Positions 58,920 through 64,000 of a stretch of DNA of 64,000 nt are shown piece after piece. Position 1 is the first letter of the stretch, and each line of letters starts with the position of its first letter. The position numbers and the translations under genes are program-made. The notes below the pieces were generated by a model. That model worked only from the letters and a program-made list of their open reading frames with translations. It made no database searches and was not told the DNA's origin. The stretch is from Chrysomallon squamiferum (Eukaryota; Animalia; Mollusca): the NCBI GenBank assembly GCA_012295275.1, contig CM022670.1, forward strand, positions 15,624,001-15,688,000, given 5' to 3'.

Positions 58920-59409
58920 TTTAGTAATAGTAGTAGTATTTTATTTTATTTATTTATTTATTTTTCTTCTTTTCTTCTTCTTCTTCTTCTTATTTTATTT
59001 TATTTTATTTTTTTTTTTTTTTTTTTTTATAAGATTTCGAAACTACTGTGTAAAATAGCTAAAATGTTTAGGAGAAATGTGTGTATGTTTTTGTATATGT
59101 ATGTGTATGAATTGTACGTCAGAAAACATTTCTGAAATGGTAAATGAAAATGGTAATACAAAGATATATGCACCAAACAATAGATTCTTGAATATTAAAT
59201 TTGTTAATATGTTAATAATTCTTATTAGACACTGCAGTAAGTACGCACATGTATCTTCTGTATGGCCTTGTGTTTTCTTAAAGAAAACACCGAAAGTGGG
59301 GGTTTACGACGAAACGAAAGATGATAATAACAATAACAACAATAATAATAATAATAATAACAACAATAATGATAATGATAATAATAACAACAACAACAAC
59401 AACAACAAC

Positions 59410-59455
<46 letters not shown>

Positions 59456-62096
59456 TTAATAATATAATAATGCAGTGCTGTATTTAAATTACCTTTCGGG
59501 GTTTTAAGAGAATTTCAAAACAAAGTAATAAAAAAACATAAATTACAGATGCACTTTATTTGTAATAAAACCAGTTTATTGCATTTTAACAATGTGTGTG
59601 TGCGTGTGTGTGTTATAGCACGCGGTATATATATATTTATATACACATATATACATACATCCATACATACATACTATACAACAAGTTCATATCAGATTTT
59701 TCAAGGACTATATGTATTTAAAATTATAATTCTTTTTTCTCTTTCCTTCTTTCTACTATTTATATCTTAATGTTTTTCTCACTGTTTCTCACTGATAAAA
59801 AAGCTTACTTTTGTGCTTCTTACTCATTGTAAATGAATTCGCTTTACGCTAAACCTTTTCTTGTAGAATCATTTTTCAAAATTACGGTGTAAATATAAGA
59901 AAGAACCGCTTTATAATGACATTTTTTAAACTTAAATAAAGTGACATATGTTAAAGGATCTCTTTTCAAAAAGAAAAATCTTCATATTTCAGTGAAACAC
60001 GTTCGTGTGAGTAATTAAACTTTTACATCTGTTACAGTAATTGTAAAATAATCTCTTCTGTCGTTTCAGAATTTGAAGTTATATTTGTTTTAACGTGTTT
60101 TTGTTTCGTTTTGAAATTTCTATTCAATTTGTCTTGTGAATGAATTAATAAATTAATAAATAAATAAATTTATTAATTAATAAAAAAAAAAAAAAAAAAA
60201 TAAAGAAGGAAATAAGTAAGTAAATGAATCCAAAAATAATTCAAAAAACAAAATAAATAAATAAATAAATACAGAAATACATAGATCTAAAAATAAATAA
60301 ATAAATACATAGATTTAAAAATTAAATTTTAACATTAAATATTCATTCACAGTATTACCTTAATCCTTTCTTAATATTTACTATAATTATATTCAGAATA
60401 ATATTATTATTTATGTATTTATTCATTCATAATTAAAAGTAAAAATAAAATTAATGTTAATAATGAAAAGTGGAATGAAATAGAACTTGCGAAAAATAAA
60501 CAAATAAATAAATACATTGTAAATTAATTTTAAAATTTATAATTATTAGAATAACATAAAATAAAATAAAATAAAATAAAATAAAATAAAATAAAATAAA
60601 AAGTAATATAATGACAATAACGACAACAAAGTTTGTATCAAATTAATAAATATAATAACGAATTATTTATATTTATGAAAAGAATATAGTCATTCATGTC
60701 ACAAATATTTTAATACAGATGATACCAATAATAAACAAGCCGTAAAGTATATTCAAGAGATGCTCACTTCAAACCACTTTCGCTGGTTTGGCTCTAAAAA
60801 AAGCCACGTGCAAATCGTTTCTAAAACTTGTATATATACGTGAACGGTACTTTACGATATTCTGCGCGGTTACGCGAAAAAGACAGGGATTTATACCGCC
60901 ACGTGGCTAGAGAAATCCAGTGGATATTTATTTTATAGACATTAGAAGAAAAACTTAAAGCAGCTTAATATCTTTGAAATGTTTCATTTTTATGTTAAAC
61001 ATCCGTTGTTTTATTATATAAAAAATAAACTAAGATTAGTCTATGTATATTTTTGTTTCACTGAAATCGGAAAAATGGACTTATTTATTTGTCATCTGCA
61101 TTCTGTTAGATATTAAAAATAAAGGTAATAGTCGAAAAAAATAAAATAATAATAGTACCAAAAGTAAGCAAAGTAAAATGAAAGAATAATTAATAATTAA
61201 ATAAATAAATTAAGTGAAACAACAATGACGATATTGACATGATATAATATTAATAATAACAACAACAAAGTATTAATAATAATAATAATAACAAAAACAA
61301 TAATAATAATAATAGTAATAATAATAATAATAAAGAAATAATAAAAAGAAAAAAAAAACAATAAGAAGAAAGGAAAAATAATAAGTAAGCAGCACAAATA
61401 CAGTAATAATAAAATGTATTAAAGAAGATTTTAATATAAAACCAGCCTCAACAACAACAAAAATCCTTTATTGCCGTTAAAAGATTCACATGTCATTATT
61501 CACGTTATTACTTACAGCACGTGTGACTGTATACGTGCACAGACATGATACAAATCTGACGTCTGAATAAAGTTACTGTGAAAACGTACGTAATCGCGAA
61601 CAACACTGCACGCTCTTACTGCACACCCATCAGAACAATCTTGCAGCGTCGATAATTCTGACGTGATATTAAGTAACGAAAATTCATCTTCAATTATATA
61701 CACGTCACTGAATGCACGGACGTTGCTGCTGTTCCTCTGGAGCAAAGCATTATGAATGAATAATACCGATTTCCCCGCACTATGTGCATTTTGCGACGAC
61801 AACCACGACTGCGGGTATCAGACTTGCAGATCTGGACATCTGGGTTTTGTTTTCTCCTGCGATCTGCTAATTTGTGCTTCCACGTGTTCGATTCTGAACA
61901 GACGCCTCTAAGAGAGAAAGTGGAAAATACAAAACAAACTCAGATGTGTTTTATCTTGCTGACAAGGTGTTAAATTATGTCTTACAGCAGAGCGGGTCCA
62001 GGTTCGGGGGAACAAAAAAAAAAGAGTTGGAATATTATTACTGACAACATGAATTATTGTACTCTCCCCGTGTTACAAATAAGTTAACAATTTTTA

Positions 62097-62164
<68 letters not shown>

Positions 62165-62219
62165 TTGTAATAGTTATTATCATCTTTATCAATATTTTAA
62201 AAAAAAAATTCCCTTGCAG

Positions 62220-62271
<52 letters not shown>

Positions 62272-62659
62272 TTGTAATAGTTATATTATCTTTATCACTA
62301 TTTTTTTTAAACATTTTCCTTTGTATATTTTATTATTATAATTATAATTATTATTACTGTTACTGTTATTTATAATGAATCCAAATTTATATCCTTAAAA
62401 GTATATTCATAATAATACACGATTTATTATAAAGATGTTTTTATTTAAAAATAAATTGATAATAATAACACTAAATAAAAATAGCAACAGCGCTGACCAT
62501 CCCACTATGAAACTGCTTCTCCACACACCTTTTCTTTTAAACATTAGGGCTACGTATGTTTTGAAAATCTTTTGTTTTGTTTTTGTTTTTTTTTTTTTTT
62601 TTTTTCTTTTCTGATAATAATTTTATATTCCGATGTTTTGTTTTGGAATAATTTATTAA

Positions 62660-62738
<79 letters not shown>

Positions 62739-62780
62739 TACAGCAGTAGTGATGGAGTAGTATTAGTGGTATAGCAGTAC

Positions 62781-62813
<33 letters not shown>

Positions 62814-62818
62814 TAGTG

Positions 62819-62864
<46 letters not shown>

Positions 62865-64000
62865 CAGCAGCAGCAGCAGCAGCAGTATACTAGTAGTAGT
62901 AAATATGTTTGGGGTAAACTTTTATTTAGAAAATTTCTAATATTATATTACACCATTAATATAAGGAAAAGAATACTACAAACCGCCATTATTTATTTAC
63001 TGCTATTACTACTTAACTGAAATTTGTTCTTTTCATATAAAAAATAAGAACCGTACTGTATTGACCTTGCGATGACACATTATATACATTTCAAATAAAC
63101 CAAAATGATCTGTTTACTTCGTAAAACGTTGCACGCTGTATTAATTACACTGTCATTTCACCAAGACTTTTATTTTCCCACGGATGAGCTATGGAAACTT
63201 TTATAATCACGACAAAACGTGTAAAACAATAATAAGAGACATTCAAACGAATCAGTATCCCGAACCACGACTGAGATCATTTATCTCCCTTGTTTATTTG
63301 TTCGACTGGTACCAATAAACAACTCGTGTCTGACATGAACTTCGTCATCATTAGTTAGGCAATCGGTCTGGAATGACACGACAGTGCTGACTATTAGGTA
63401 CTAAGTGGTGCAGTTTTCATTTGTAAACGTGAAGAATTACGCGCGCTTTTCGAGACACATTACTTCAGGAATGTTTTTCTGCAGTGTTTTATTTACCCCT
63501 CGGGGCAGGTCTTTGCTATAACTTTAAACCAATTACCGTGTTCTTCGCTGAGAACATGTTGTAAAATGCCATTTTTGCGATATACAAATTTGTCTTACCC
63601 CATGGAACATTCTTTTTTTTTTTTTTTTTTTTTTTTTTTTCTTTTTTTTGTAATATGTGTTTGTGTTTAGACTTTGAGAGTTTATTCTAAACACACACAA
63701 ACGTCGTACATAACGCCGGTGCCGGACAGTCTGACGAATCTACGGGGAAGTCTCACCACGCTAATTGAACAGGAAATTCTAATCACGACGCGAGGGCACC
63801 GGGGTTGGCACCGAGATGCACATGCGAAGAGGGGTACGGACGTTGCGGAGAAATTTCATTTCGGTTAGTTTATTCTGTCGCACCAAAATCCCGTCCTCGG
63901 CCTAACACGTGCGCGATCCTCTCTGGCTGCTCTCCAAAAACTGGAGACTAGCTGCGGCTAGCGCGCAAACGAAGCGTAGCGAAGCGTGGAAACACAGTTA

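Noticed and set aside
63674-63868. Candidate Hand exon 2 (RGHRGWHR resembles GRTGWPQ)
   Set aside because: The resemblance is superficial: there is no WPQ or VWA motif and no suitable in-phase acceptor giving a Hand C-terminus.

Overview
AT-rich, microsatellite-dense eukaryotic DNA with GT-AG introns. It is an invertebrate animal; a mollusc or other lophotrochozoan is my inference from protein style and is not proven. Left 25 kb: a tandem array of minus-strand 4-exon genes encoding an N-terminal CABIT domain and a C-terminal SAM domain ending in GWRPK (GAREM/THEMIS-family adaptors). There are three full-length copies (A, with a 1-nt homopolymer frameshift; B; C) and one internally deleted pseudogene. 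The copies are mosaic and vary by frame-preserving indels. The array's introns and spacers carry foreign material: a MULE transposase relic, a hAT-type non-autonomous element with a perfect 8-bp TSD, a disabled MTMR9-like exon and a three-exon SAM-domain gene fragment. Middle: a head-to-head pair of ATP synthase epsilon (ATP5F1E, -) and RBM41 (+). Right half: exon 1 of a Hand bHLH gene inside about 30 kb of gene-poor DNA with several complex, CpG-richer islands that look like enhancers. I could not find Hand exon 2 in the window. Family assignments rest on my recollection of motifs; no database search was run.
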